Positions 25,837 through 39,450 of a stretch of DNA of 64,000 bases are shown here, in pieces (position 1 is the first letter of the stretch; every line of letters begins with the position of its first letter). The notes under the pieces were generated by a model. The model searched no databases, was not told the origin of the DNA, and saw only the letters and a program-made list of their open reading frames with translations. The translations under genes were made by a program, and so were the position numbers. The stretch spans positions 32,246,401 through 32,310,400 of the forward strand of contig CM120641.1 in assembly GCA_051362555.1 (NCBI GenBank). The letters are read 5' to 3'. Origin of the DNA: Lingula anatina. Taxonomy: Eukaryota; Animalia; Brachiopoda.

Positions 25837-27166
25837 TGAAAACTTGCAGTTTATTACTTAACAGCATTAACACTTTCTACCAGTAGAGGAGACCGAGGCT
25901 AGTTGGGCCCCGAGGTTAGTCAATTTATAAAAAGTAATAACAAGGTAAAAAAATTTAATTACATCATTTTGTGAAGTGATCCCACCGGTATCTAATAATG
26001 CCAAGAACGTTTCGGACGTAAATAAAGTTCTACTTAAGCGGTGGGTCCAAACGAAAGATTTCCAAATCTTAAAGTTACTTTATTAAAAGATTCTTGTATT
26101 CAAATATAGTATATGTTTTGGGCTTCAAAGTGAAGCTAATTGTTTCAAGTTTGACAGAAATGAACCGTAGTCCAATCTAGCACCAGAAATGGCTGCAATT
26201 CTTTAAAATAAAATGTCATTAAAAATGAAGAAAAAAATCTCCTTTTTCCGCAATATATTCGTATTTCTTTCTTATTTTTCAATGCTTATTTTATTTTCTA
26301 ACTTTTATTTCTACTCCTAGGCTTGGTGTAATTTCTTTTAAATCTCTTCCTCAGGCGACGCACGCCTACATGTTGCCCTGTTTAAAATATGTTCATAATA
26401 GTACCTGTAGCGGCTGAGGTCATGTACATGTATGTTGTGGCAGTACTCCGTGCAAACACAGTGGGAGTCAATCGAATACCTGGTTGTAGGTCAAGCTAAC
26501 GCCCAGACAGGTGAAATTTTAATGCAAGTTGACAAGAAGACTATCTATTGCTGGATTATTAAGTTACAGCACTTCCTACAAAGTATACACGACTAAAAGA
26601 CAAAAAGGTTAGTTTACTTAGTTATATTTGATATCCTCTCGAGAGTTGGAATACGTGCAAGTTGTAAAATGCGTTATTTATAAAATTTGCCTGCACGATA
26701 GTGTTTCAAGCTGTTCATGGAGTGACAATGGACACAGAAGAACGTCAACACACCTTATAAAAAGCAAGTATCTTAACAAATCATGTTATATTTGGGTATT
26801 AAGGGCGTCAGGTCGATAATCGGAATGCATTCTTGTTTTCATTTCTGAAAGGTATTAAGAGATCATAGCATCCTAATCACATCTAGTCCATAGGACGCGT
26901 TGACTTATACACCTGTACTCATTCGTATTCATAACGCAACATGTGCCTATCCCGTCATTTCAGAGTTCAAATGACATGGCGAAATTAATGATAATAACAT
27001 AATTCATATTTTATTAATGTTATACTGACGTTAAATTAGGTGTGAGAAATAACCACTAATATGCCTACTATCAATATAGTCGGCCCAGCTCCATCTAATT
27101 GATACGACTCATTTTAATTTTAGATTATTTTCAGATTTTAAAATTGCCTTCCAGAGTTGAATTGAA

Positions 27167-27395
27167 ATGGCTGACATCAAGATTAGTGTGAGTGTAAGCG
27201 TGATCGTCTGCATCATCGTGGGAGAGTTGGTCAGTAGTTTGTGGTACCATTACTCTTCTGTTCGCGTGCCTGGAAGCCCCTCATGTCATACATAACACTC
27301 ACTCACTATGGGACTTCACCTTCCACGCTCTTCACAAGTTCCTTCTTGTCTTCATTGTGCGGCTGGTGATGGACTACTGCGATAAGCACTTCTAG
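27167..27395 (+). pseudogene. Internally deleted small membrane-protein gene, DUF1761-like (tentative)
   Basis: After the acceptor TTTCAG (27134): MADIKISVSVSVIVCIIVGELVSSLWY, then a frame switch to a hydrophobic C-terminus ITLLFACLEAPHVIHN..FTFHALHKFLLVFIV..*. The family call rests only on the hydrophobic-G..LWY pattern. Confidence 0.35.
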
Positions 27396-28445
27396 ACCAC
27401 TGTTCTTCAGGTTTTGTTATGTTAGGCTTTGATATGTCAGAATAGACAACACTGAGAGTCAATTTGCAAGTTAACATTTCTCGAGTAAATACTTTTATAC
27501 AGCGGAAAATATGAGGTTGTCACAGTTAAATTTGATCTTACGTTGGACCTCTACAAATAAAAACGTCAAATTGCCAAATGACTGTTGGATCTCATTTAAA
27601 TTCAGTGATTTTAGTGCTGTTTTATAGATACTGTGCGTATTGAATCTAATAGTACATAACGTCAAATAAAATAGTCAAGTAATTGTCCAGTTTATTTTTT
27701 CTTGCCATATTTACGTATCGAAATCTTTTAAAAATTGTCTTTAGCGTAAAATTATGATACTTTTCTGAAATCATCAGTATCCTTGTAGGCCAAGCAGCAT
27801 CAAAATTTTTCCAAATCGCCGACGGATCTGACACATTTTTAATGCCGATGTAATGCTTTATTTACGAATTTCAGGATGGATGCCTTTTTAAAACAAATCT
27901 TTGAAATCAAATTAAATCAAGTATCTGTGAAAAATATTTACAAAAATATACACATATACATAAATGTAGACACAAAACAGGATAAATTGTTGCAACAAAA
28001 ATTTGAGGGTGAAAAAATTAAGGCTTAAAAATAAACAGATAAATCTTGAAAATCTACGAGTTTACGTCCGCTGGTGTTTTACAAGGACACTGACCAATGC
28101 CCAGTCACCGACTTATCAATCATGTCGCTTGGCGTACTGTTTCTTTGGGCCTTGGTTATGGGTCAAAAATTTGGCTGAATGGAAATGATACAGGTTCATT
28201 CACATTAGGTCGACCTCTATCGCCAGTTACACATCATAAATGTTATCCGCCTCTCATAAATTTTCCACTAGCATTATCGTGGCTTCCAAGAGCAGATGAA
28301 TTTTAAGGCGTCCTTAGGCTCTCGTCGTATTTTGCCAGCATTGGACAACATTTAGTGGTCCGCAAAGATTAGTTATCCGTAGATGTTTAGAAATTAACTT
28401 GAAAAAATCCCAGAGGATTTTGCATAAAAACACAATGTTTACACT

Positions 28446-30007
28446 TTACTCAAAGAAGAAGCCGTGGTGGTCAATGATGGTTTGGACAACAGCCTGGAGT
28501 GAACCCGCGCTAGACGCCATGTCGGTCAAAGAGGCGAACTCTGGCCGTAGTAGTGTTGGCCACCAGCAAATGGCAAGATTGGTACTGGTCATACAGTTAA
28601 CATCACTGAGTGTTGTCACTCTGAAAAGAAAACACCAACCAAATTAAGGAAGAAAAATGTAATGAAGTTTGATAATCATATATTATGAGGATATAAGATA
28701 TAAGGTATTCGCTATTTGCTTCAAAATTTTGATTAAAAATTTTAGCTTAAAAGCAAGTTTTATATTGCCCTCTGTCCTGTATATGTTATGTCTTTATCAT
28801 TTTGCCTTTAATAATGGAAAACCAATTTAGAAAATGAATTTGAAAACAATTTGAGGACTCAGTTGAATTCATTGAAATACTGCAAGCAAGACTGTAAAAT
28901 ACTAGATCATAACTTACTTGTTCAAATGTGTGGCGATAAATTTAAGCACGCGGTAGTTGCCAGCAGGAAGCTTCTGGAGCACTTCTCTCAGAGCTTGAAG
29001 GCGACGTTTTTTATCATGGATACCTGAAGAATGAAAATCATGCCTCAAACGTCTGTAAAAGTGAGGTCAGCAAATCTCTAAATAACTTACCCTTAAATCT
29101 GGAATTTCACGTATAGAAATTCACACAAAATGCATTTGTAACATGCATCCATATGAAAGAAACCGTTTTAAAAAATGAGAAGTAAAAGGCGCCTTAAGTT
29201 CTGCTGTAGTATCTTACCTGCTGCACTTATAAATTCGTTATTAAGTTTGTTAGGGATCAGTGGCTCTTGCAGCTCACGGAAGAAAGTTTTCACAGCTGTC
29301 GCCACATCGTTGACAGAGATTTCCAAATCAGTGAAAACCAAAGTATGATCTGTAAAACAAAATTTGGGGCTAAAAGTCAAAATACAGTCATACCCCATGT
29401 GAAAATAGTCGAAACATTTCTCTCAAGTTTAAATCTTTATTTCTATATTTTATGTTGTATCTATTGTGTGTCCTTTCCTGTGACGCGAATCTTGAGTTAA
29501 GAATTAAGGTAAGAAAAAATAGCTGTCTCGGTTAATAAGGCAAATTAACAGATATTAAGATTCAGAAGATTGATAATTTAGCAGAAAATATATGAAAAAG
29601 AAACTTGAATCGTATCATAGTTTAGTAAACCTTTATAGCAGGAATTCTATACATATTTAATTCCTAGAAATTGAAATAATAAAAAATCACAACCGTACAC
29701 TGGTTAACTCACCTTCATTAAATTTCTGCAGCAGTAATTCTACATGAGCTTTATTTCCAGGTACTCTGTACAGTCCTTCTGAACCGAGACCATTCTCTTC
29801 AATATACACAATGCACTTCTCTACGAACATGGGAAGAATTGCATCACCTTGTAAATAATCGTCCAAGGACATTTTCATGGCGGTCTTTCCGCTAGGAGCA
29901 TTTTTTGGCCTCTTCCTAAATAACTTGGATCTAACGTAGGCCACTGCTCGTGCAATCCTTTGACGCGTATTCCTAGTTTGAAACAAATAAGATAATCCGC
30001 AAGACAT
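28446..30007 (-). CDS. Stand-alone RhoGAP-domain protein, p190RhoGAP (ARHGAP5/35)-like GAP domain, ~235 aa. Exons 30007-29713, 29349-29218, 29023-28918, 28620-28446
   Basis: Intact spliced frame: PMFVEKCIVYIE..EGLYRVPGN (Arg finger), AVKTFFRELQEPL, HLNKV..NCMTSTNLAICWWPTLLRPEF. The start may instead be an acceptor at 29972. Confidence 0.85.
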
Positions 30008-30059
30008 CTTTAGTTGCTATATCTCCAACTTGTCGTGAAGGGTAACCAAAGTTAGTTTT

Positions 30060-30144
30060 TGACGTCATAAAGTTTCATTTTGTGACGTCACAGTCAATTT
30101 TCAAGTTTTAATTCAGTAGACGACACGTTATGTACCGGACGTCA
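30060..30144 (-). promoter_or_regulatory. Cluster of CRE (TGACGTCA) sites upstream of the RhoGAP ATG
   Basis: TGACGTCA at 30060-30067 and 30083-30090; near-match GGACGTCA at 30137-30144. Confidence 0.55.
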
Positions 30145-32284
30145 CAATGGCTTTTATTAACACAGAAAGAACATCTATTGTTAACATTTGCAATAGATTT
30201 ATACTTAGGTACTAGCAGTTTAAAATTGAGTGGATTATAAAACTCCCCAAGCTTATAAGTTTTGCATTGATAATCTTTGCAAAACTATGTTACATTTGAT
30301 ACAAAAAGGCGTCCAGATACATAATTTCGGAATTAAGTAGCCCACTGGCTTCTTTCAGACTGCCGCAAACCAGTCCAGTTGACAGTAATATGTTTAAAAT
30401 CCGATTGGAGCAAACTTCATATTAAATGAGAAACAAATCATTAAATAATGACTTCGCGTTTATCCTGAAATAATAAGAATGAGACGGGACGGGACTAAAA
30501 CCACGTGTCCCGCCAGCGCCGCGCAGGTGGTACAATAAAGTACATTATAATCCACATAATTTGTATTTGTCAAAATAATGTTTTTTTTTTGTTATTAACT
30601 CACAAGAAGTACATATGATGGAGTGAATCTGTCCCAACTCCATGTTTTTATATTAACCCTAGAGAGCAATATCTTTTCAATAAATTTATTTTTCAATTTA
30701 TTTACAAATATGAAGTGAAACGGATTTACATAAAATTCATGTACATGTTTATACATCATATAGTACCCATGTACTACTAATGTGTATAGGGCTCTGTTCT
30801 CACAACTTTTAGATCGATCTATCACCGCGGGGAGTCTCACTAGATTACTGTCAGATAATCCGGCTTAAATGTCCGACCCGCCTACTACAAGCTTTAAGGG
30901 GGTAATTAACTTTCGTGTCCGCCCGGCTGACAGCTATTTAGCGTGAACCCCCAGGGAGTTAGGTCGATCTAAAGTAGATCAAGAAGTTATAACTTAAAAC
31001 TTCTTGAGTAGATCGATCTAATCTCTGGAAATGGGGTCTAGGTTTTCAGGCACATGGACCTCACAAGTAACAATATTTTAATCAATAAAGAACTATTAAT
31101 TTTGACTACCAGACTAAAATCTTAGTAACTCATCCAAACTAGATTAGAATATTATGATAACTAAAAATGACACTACTATAACAAGCAAGGCATAATTTTC
31201 ACACTTCTTGGGAGTAGATTTCATAAGATATGTATGGTCTGATGGAATATTTCATAATAATAATAAAACAAATAATCTAGTGCAAAACTATAAACACTAT
31301 TAATCATGCATGACTTTGCGGTATACTGCTACAGCCTGATAACCCACTAAACGAATATTCAACAAACAAGCTAAATATAATACACTACATAAAATGTCAT
31401 GGAGCAGACACCTTGAAACACTCAAAATGTGTATATTTGTGAGACCCAAAGCTCATTTTCTCACATGTATCAAAAGATTCCTAGGGTGGGAGGAGGAGCA
31501 CATTCCTGTAACACGTATAATGATAACTCAGGGAAGTGATCACATTGACTGAACTGATTTATATCATGAAAATCATTAATTAAACAAGCCTTATATCTGG
31601 GGGTCCTAAAATAACATTCACATCCTATGAAAAGCATGTCTTGTGATCTATATGCTACCTTTTTTTGACTATGGACCTTGGCAATAATTCCAATATATAT
31701 GCTATATAATGAAAACATTAAAATCATATCAGAATACTGAAATAAATTTATTGCAATGTTCTTTTGCGTACTTCTTTGTGTCTGAGAGCTCTATTGCACA
31801 TGATACAAGTTTTTGAGAGGCTTTAAAATAATGTTTTGTGACTGTCGTGACATAAGGATGCACAACTAGACCTAATTACCTTTCAGTTCAATGCACATGA
31901 TTTCTGCTGGCAGTCCAGGTTTTATAACTCTAAAAATGAAACTTTTTAGTCCTATATACAATGGTATGAGAAACATGCTTTACAGTAGATCCAACATCTT
32001 ATAATACTACTGTTACTACATACAATGCTGAATAAGGTGTTCAAATTATCACAAATATCAAGAAGTTTTTAGGTTCATACACATGAATCTTTTGAGAAAG
32101 TTCACTGTATCACATTAATTGTGGCCCCATATACAAACAAGATCAAATATTTTTTTCATTCTACAACAGAATCAAACACAAACAACAATTGCAGTTTGTT
32201 CATGTAAAAGCTTGTACGTTTATTTGGATTTCTTTGATGAGTGTTGAAACAATTTCTTCCTAGAACAGTTTCTTATCATAATGT

Positions 32285-32857
32285 CTAGTGACTCAGTGTC
32301 AAAAATTGACCAACAAAGTTTGCCACTCCAAGGAAGATGATGAAGCTGTGTATGGCTATCATAGGCCAGGTGAATTTGCCATCTTGTTTCAACTTGAGCA
32401 TGTACCGGTATATCAAACATGGCAGTGCAAAAATGAGCGAAACTCCACAAAAAGCGCCAGCAAATCTGTAATAAGAATTATAGAGATACTGCAGTGGTAA
32501 AATATTGGCAGACCACAGGCAGTGACTTCAAATAGTTTTATGACTAAAATATTTTGATTTACAGCAATTTTCTTTTCTGTTCATAACACAAATTACTTAT
32601 GACAAAATATGTTTCACAAAAGTTAAAACAGTTTGCAAAGTTATAAGAAAACAATCAAATATACAGAAAAATATCACAAATGTATTTATTTCATCATATA
32701 TTATTACTTAGATCATCATTTGCAAAAATAAATGTTTAAAATAATTAATTTTTCTGCACTTCATACACAACAGTACTGTAAAGGAACATTCACAATTACA
32801 TTCTTCTACAGTTTGAACACTTTAACTGTGAACCATTCATTCTCCAGAGATAAACCA

Positions 32858-32900
<43 letters not shown>

Positions 32901-33167
32901 AAGCATTGCTTAATATAATCATTACTGATCGACCTCTCTTCTTAACTCAATTACAATGGCAATATGGCAGTGCACAAGTGGGTCTTTAAAATCAAATTCA
33001 TGTACATGTACTCTTCCGACATTCTATGCTGCCAAATTAAGGAATCAAAATTAGAGAGAAAAATGGCAATTCACTACCTTATGATTGTTCCAATCTGGGG
33101 CAGAAATACAGCAAAGAGTATACACATGGCAATCAGAACAACATTGAGTATTATCACATGCTTCAGG
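32285..33167 (-). pseudogene. SLC38A9: Orphaned last two exons of an SLC38A9-like amino-acid transporter (33167-33078, 32465-32285)
   Basis: LKHVIILNVVLIAMCILFAVFLPQIGTIIR|FAGAFCGVSLIFALPCLIY..FTWPMIAIHSFIIFLGVANFVGQF* parallels the SLC38A9 C-terminus (HVLILN..YPNIGGIIRYSGAACG..LTWP..HVFIIILGVANL..QF, from memory). No upstream exons were found in the window. Confidence 0.8.
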
Positions 33168-34148
33168 CTGCAAATAAGAAGTGTCATTTGCTTATAGCAC
33201 TGTGCAAAGGAAATAAGTAAATAAAATTTTCATTTTTATGCTCTCATGCATGTTTTGGCAAACAAAAATTCAGGTCAAAATTACATTACGAATTAAAACA
33301 AGTGTTATAAAATCAATTGACAATTTTTTGTTATAAAAAGCAAAGTGGCAAAAAATGTTTCCAAACACAGCATGTAGCCTGATCATATATGTGATGAGAG
33401 GAAATACTGTGGTCATTTGGAAAAGTAGAAATATTCTGGCAGCAAATGCTAGAGTATCATTGTGGCCGAAATTGTCCAGTAAGTTCTGAAAATAATGGAA
33501 TTTAGTAACTTAAAGGTACATACGAACCGAGCATCGGTGGAGCGTGGATTCCCAGTAACACATGTAAACCACTTCTATTAGTTTCTTATACAACTCTAAT
33601 AAATTCGACATGCCAAGGGATAAACTGAATAAATCACCCGATCAACCATACAAGAGCTTTAGAGTGCTCCTTTCTTTAAATTTTTGGTTGTCAATTTAAC
33701 CTACTTTCGTGACCTACTCTTCTGCCCCATTGACATATAGCATAGAATGCTAGCAGAAAAATCTGTTCAAACATCACTCTCGGGTAAAATTAAATAATGC
33801 CTTTTGGTAATTCTCTTAGTTATAACGGCCCCCGTTCTCTTTATGAATTTAATTGTCGTGTGTTTTGAAATTAATGCTAGAGATGAATTTTACGGCAAAG
33901 CGGCCATATTTCCCATGGTGATAATACGCATGCGCAGAAACCTCATTTTCCGCACTCGGAACTACTCGGATGTCTCCGCAGTCGACAATGATAGTATGGA
34001 GCTTGCGGAATTAGCCGAGGATTGCCGATTGCATTTTCCGGCAAATTCAATAACGACGTTTGCGACAACCGACTTCCTGGGGGGGGGGGGGGATTTTTTT
34101 TTTTTTTTTTTCTTTTTTGGAGAACAGACGAAAATCGGTGCGCGTGCA

Positions 34149-34169
34149 GGATGTCATCCATAAAAATAA
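34149..34169 (-). mobile_element. Inner part of the right-hand TIR of the GGCCAC-ended transposon (outer part at 58958-58971)
   Basis: GGATGTCATCCATAAAAATAA is the reverse complement of the inner part of the TIR seen at 8652 and 59331. Confidence 0.75.
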
Positions 34170-37100
34170 CAAGGCAGCAAAGCTGTCAAATGTACAGACA
34201 AAAAACAGAAAATAAAGATGCAAAATAGGTCATTTTGTCAATTTTGATGCAATAATAAATAATGCTTATAATAGCACTGTCAGTCAACACTGAATTTTAA
34301 TCATGCACAACAGGTAACATGGTCAATAACAGGAGTGGACCCAGAGATATTGCAAAATTTACCTGCATAATTATCACTGCTTCCTTATTATTAATCTAGC
34401 AGACTGGCTTAATCTTTGGGAGTTTACAGGGAAATATCAACAACTGTGCTTTATGTAATCTCATTTAATAACCTATTAATTAGGCAAATGACTTTATAAC
34501 TCTGAACTTAGCTTAGTGATACCCAAGGGAAATTTACAGACTGACCCTCTCAAAGGTCTTTCAGGCCCATAAGTCACATCTTAAGAAAAGCACAAAGTAA
34601 TAATGCACAAAATAGGATGCTGTCAATTCTGATGCAATAATAATATATTACGCTTAACTGCAAGGTCAACATCAAATTTAAATTATGCAAAACAGGTAAT
34701 ACCGATGAAAGTAAAAGCAGGCCCATGAGAGTTCAAGTTCATACTTAGAAAATGCCAGAATGAGAAAAATGAGAATTTCACAAAAAGTTGCGTTAATTCA
34801 ATAAAAAATGATAATCCAATAGAGCTGGTTTTCTTATTTGAGCTGTATGTCAATCCTAAAAATCATTCTTTTAAGCTAAAAAAAATAATAAGTAACACAG
34901 TTTGCTTTTTATCATAACGTTTGTGATGACAGTGCACGAAGTTGGCTTTTTGTCAATTTTGATGCAATATTACATAATGATTAACTATTATTACCACCAT
35001 TTATTTTTATTAATAACGTGGTCATTTAGAAAATTTGATTACCACTGGGCTTCATGACCATGGGAGTTCCAAGTCCCACATTGAAAATGCCAATATATGA
35101 AAGATAACAACTTCACAAACATGTACAACAGAAAAAGAAACCAATTAGATTGCTTTTCCAACACAGGGTGCATTTTAGACCTGTGTTTCTTTCCTGTAAG
35201 TTTTAAGAAGAGTAAGTAACATGGTTTTTCTTTAATGGTCACTATAAAAGCAGTGTCCAAAATAGAGGTTTCTTCATTTTCGTTGCAATATTACATAATG
35301 CATAATGACCATCAATTTTAATAATGAAATAAAATTATCATGGATATTCAGACTAGCAAAGGTCTTCAAACCCATGGAAGTTCAAAGTCACACCTTGAAA
35401 ATGTCGATATGTGAAAAATTTAAGGATGAGTGCAGATAACCATTGGCAAAGTGCCCATCGTCAAATTTTTAAAATAATTTGCTATTATAAAGTTTATGCA
35501 TATATTTGTTGTGTGAAAAAATATTATTTGGTTTGAGGCATCGTTTGAGGCATCGTATTTTTAATGAGTAATATGTGGGGGTGGAGGTAACCAGATTTAC
35601 TTGTTGTATGCAGTCTAATATGAATCAGAGCAAGTTATTTCAGCATATATATTGCATAAATAATTTTTTCTAATGAAACTTGTCTTGTGGTGAAAAAAGG
35701 AGTTATATGTTAAATAATTGCGATGTGGCACAAGTAAATGGGAAAGTAATTTTTTTTGTTTGTTTGTTTGTTTTTTTTAATCCTAGAGAAGAGAGGGAGG
35801 GGTGGTGTATTACAATATTTTCTCACAGACACCATCACTGATTTCACTTAACTGTATAAAAGTCTTGTAACTAGAAAAACTTGTATCAGCGTATTTATTA
35901 ATTTTATATAACTTTTCTCACAGACCAGCATTTGTTGGTCTAAATAATTATATTGTTAACCAATACACATTTTGTACAAAGCCCTATAGAATAGTAAAAA
36001 ATGCTAAAAGCAAAAGGCTGTTACAGTAACACAAAAAAATCATGTGTTAAAGCACTCTAAACACCTATTTGGAATGTTTCCATTAACCATACAATAAACA
36101 AGGTATAAATTGTACCAAAATAATGATAAGGTAAAAGTAAATGAAAATATAGTACACATAATAACAGTAATGGCCAATAATCTGTATGACAATGAAAATA
36201 AATCATCTAAAAAGTACTTCATATATGATAATGTATGTGATAAAGACCTTGTATAGAAAGCAATGCAAGAGTTATTTTATACAAAATATATAAATATGAG
36301 AATAAAAAATGTATAATAAACAATAGATAGTTAATCAGATGTGCTGTCTGAAACACTTTCTGCCTCGCTAATACTCTCACCACTTGATGTTGGTAAATGC
36401 AAGAAGTTATAATGAGACTCTTTATAACTTCTTGGTAAATGTGAGGCATCCTTCCTCCCTACCCCCCCCCCCCCACGCACACACACACAAACACACGCGA
36501 AAGTTTTTTTAAACCATGCCAGTTCTGAACTGTGAATAGGGGAACTATGGGTCGCTGCATGCCATCTTCTTTCAAGCAAATCAAAGAAATGTTAAAATAT
36601 TTAAGCAATTATAAATAGTAACTAAAGCATTTTAATTTAAAAATCACACCAATCATATTATCTTTTCGTTATCCTTTCTCCTTGCAATATCAAAGCAACC
36701 AAAAAAACTGGACAACTCCACATAAATATTAATAGCAAAAATGTATTATCACTTTATCTTTATTGTCATCATCTGTGAAACAAGATATGAAATGAAAGTT
36801 TCTTCAAAGTGCATTGTGGATCAGTGTATATTGTGGATAAGTGTTCCAGTGTACGCGGACAAGGTCGTTCAATGACGGCCTGGGGCAGGTTAGTAAACTT
36901 CAAGTTGATATCATGTCAACAAGATGCAAGGACACTGTCAATCACAATTAGGGGAGAGGCATGCGTGGTTTCCCTTCAAAAACTATTATAGCCTAACATT
37001 GATTCTTCCCTCCGAAGTAAATGTGTGATTTTTTTTTCTTTTTAAACAAAAAAGTTAAGGTATGAAAACGCTGAATGTATTTCAAACGTAGGTGTATATA

Positions 37101-37458
37101 CAATACAAATAATGAAATCTGTGTCTCACTCTCACACGACACCCCCGCGTCCAAACTGACAGGATGGTGGCGACAGCAACGCCCCCAGTCGACAATCTAA
37201 GATTGGAAGTCTATGAGCGATAGAATAATTAATGCCAAATTTCCGCATGACAACGATTTATAGACTCCCGGGAATTATTTTCCCTCAACGCTCTTTGTCG
37301 CGCTGGCGGTCAATGCAGCATTTATTTCAAAACAAGTTGACCGCAAATTAAGCACGATTTTGCACCTTCAAGTTCCGTGTCACGTTTTCATATCATGCAT
37401 CTTTTATTTCTACAAGTATTCTCTGCCCAAAGTGCGTAAAAAAAGAGAGTTATCTTAC

Positions 37459-37572
37459 CAGGTTGTTTAGAAAACTTCTTTTTCCTCCGACTACACGTCT
37501 TCTCTCCCGTTCACCTCCAGGTTAAAATGACCACTCAGCTTCGCTTCTAACACCACTACACGTCACTTCCGG
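37459..37572 (-). promoter_or_regulatory. Housekeeping-type promoter (ETS-CRE composite CCGGAAGTGACGT) and non-coding first exon
   Basis: Motif at 37560-37572; the exon ends at CTG|GTAAGA (37459); local CpG enrichment. Confidence 0.55.
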
Positions 37573-38970
37573 GCACAATCAGTCTTCTCCGATTCCCTTT
37601 ATTAACACACGTAGGAACTGCAAGTCTTCAAAATGGTTGAATAAGTTTAAATCAGTGAAAAGGGATCCAAAAAATATTTTTTCATTTTAATACTTATCAT
37701 TCATCAGCTTTTGCATTTTCCATCTATTTAATCTCAGCTGCTTTTGATAAGTGTTTAAATCATCAATTAATTCTCGTAAAATATAAATAGTTTCAGTCAT
37801 GAATAATCCTTAGATATACACCCAATGCATATTTTCAAAGATGCCAGTGTGTTATTGTGATGTTATACAAGTTGTTATTATTTTAACAAAAGTTAAAAGA
37901 AAATGATAAAAAAACACCAGACTAAGTTATGGGTCCCGTGGCAATCTTCCTTCTACAATTTAAGTGTGAATTACTAGTAACTATGAAAACAGGAACTCAC
38001 AAACAATATTACAATCACCATTTACCGAATCTGTATTAATTATTACTTTCAACCTTAAAACATTTAAGTCAACCATGACACAATCTATAAGAGAATTGAA
38101 TTGTGTTAATGGTATGGCAACTCCTGAGAACATCTTCAGTTATAATATAATGACAGTGTTTCAAAACCACGATACATATTAAATACAGGCTTGCTTAAAT
38201 CTTAAACGGAAAGGAAGTATTATCAAGTGTTGCACCTGCTCAGCAAAGCTGCAAATTTTATTTTGCAGCATCACAATTTCACTAGCACAAATCAGTAATA
38301 ATTGTTAGTATATTTGTAACATATTTAATATTCGTCATTTGCCTCTAATCTTCGCTTAACATTATTAAAATATTACCACACATATTTATGATAAATGTAT
38401 GCATATTTGTAATAACTAAATTTTGTCATTTGCTACGGGAATGGGGGGGGGGGGGTCTTAAAAATAAAAATTTTGGGCCGCAATTCCCACAGCAAATATG
38501 AAGGAGTACCAGTAGATAAGGCCGGTGCCATGAAACTGAGGGTCCGTGTGACAGAAAGTCCGTCCTCCATATAGTTAGGGTTAGTTTGACCTAAGTAGGT
38601 CAAAATCTAGGGCGAGGCTCACTTGTACAAATGAATGGGAAGCGGACTCTCTGTCATGGGGGACTTTCTGGTACATGTCACCGGTGATGGCACAGAAATG
38701 GGAAAATTCTTGGTTTTGTGTAGTTTTGCTTGCATTATACATTTATATAAAATCTGATTCTCAAAATAAATGCAATCGGCAAGTATTATGCTACAGGGAT
38801 GGGAGTGAGGTGTTCTTAAGAATAAAAAAATTGGGCCTTAATTCCCTCAGCAAATATAAAATAGTGCCAGTAGATAAGGACAATAATGGCACAAGGATGG
38901 AAAAAATCTTGGTTTTGTCTAGTTTTGCTTGCTATATGCATTTATATAAAAAAATTGGGCCTCAATTCCC

Positions 38971-39006
<36 letters not shown>

Positions 39007-39204
39007 GTGCCAGTAGATAAGGATAACAATGGCACAGGAATGGGAAAAAATAGTTTTTTTCTCGTTTTACTTGTGTTATAGTCAAGAACATATACATTTA
39101 TAAACAATGTACCCCTTCGTTAACATTAAGAGGTGTTGGGTTCTTAAATCTACAGTGGGATTTATTTAAGTAAGATAGTTACTTCTCTAATTTGACTCAG
39201 GAAA

Positions 39205-39450
39205 GTCTAGGTAACGGCTCGAGTTATTCCTGGGGCTCCGTAACTTAAAAGCATCGCGTATTGCGAACGGCGATATCACATAGAGGCTACAGTGTATTAC
39301 ATGGGGCGAGCATGGGCAAGTAATGGAATCGAGACGCTTGCGCTCGGTCGCAATGCGCGCTGCTTTCGAGTTACAGGGCCCGGGAGCGCAAAGTAACGCA
39401 GCACCACAGCTTTGTATCCAAAAACCAAAATTCAACTCATTACCTGGACA
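39205..39450. other. GC-rich imperfect inverted repeat / fold-back
   Basis: CCTGGGGCTCCGTAACTTAAAAGCATCGCGTATTGCGA pairs with TCGCAATGCGCGCTGCTTTCGAGTTACAGGGCCCGGG. Outer pair GTCTAGGTAA / TTACCTGGAC. Confidence 0.7.

Noticed and set aside
36331-36775. Possible coding exons downstream of the ETS-CRE promoter (..SSGESISEAESVSDSTSD*)
   Set aside because: Could not be assembled into a consistent spliced frame; interrupted by microsatellite and poly-C sequence.
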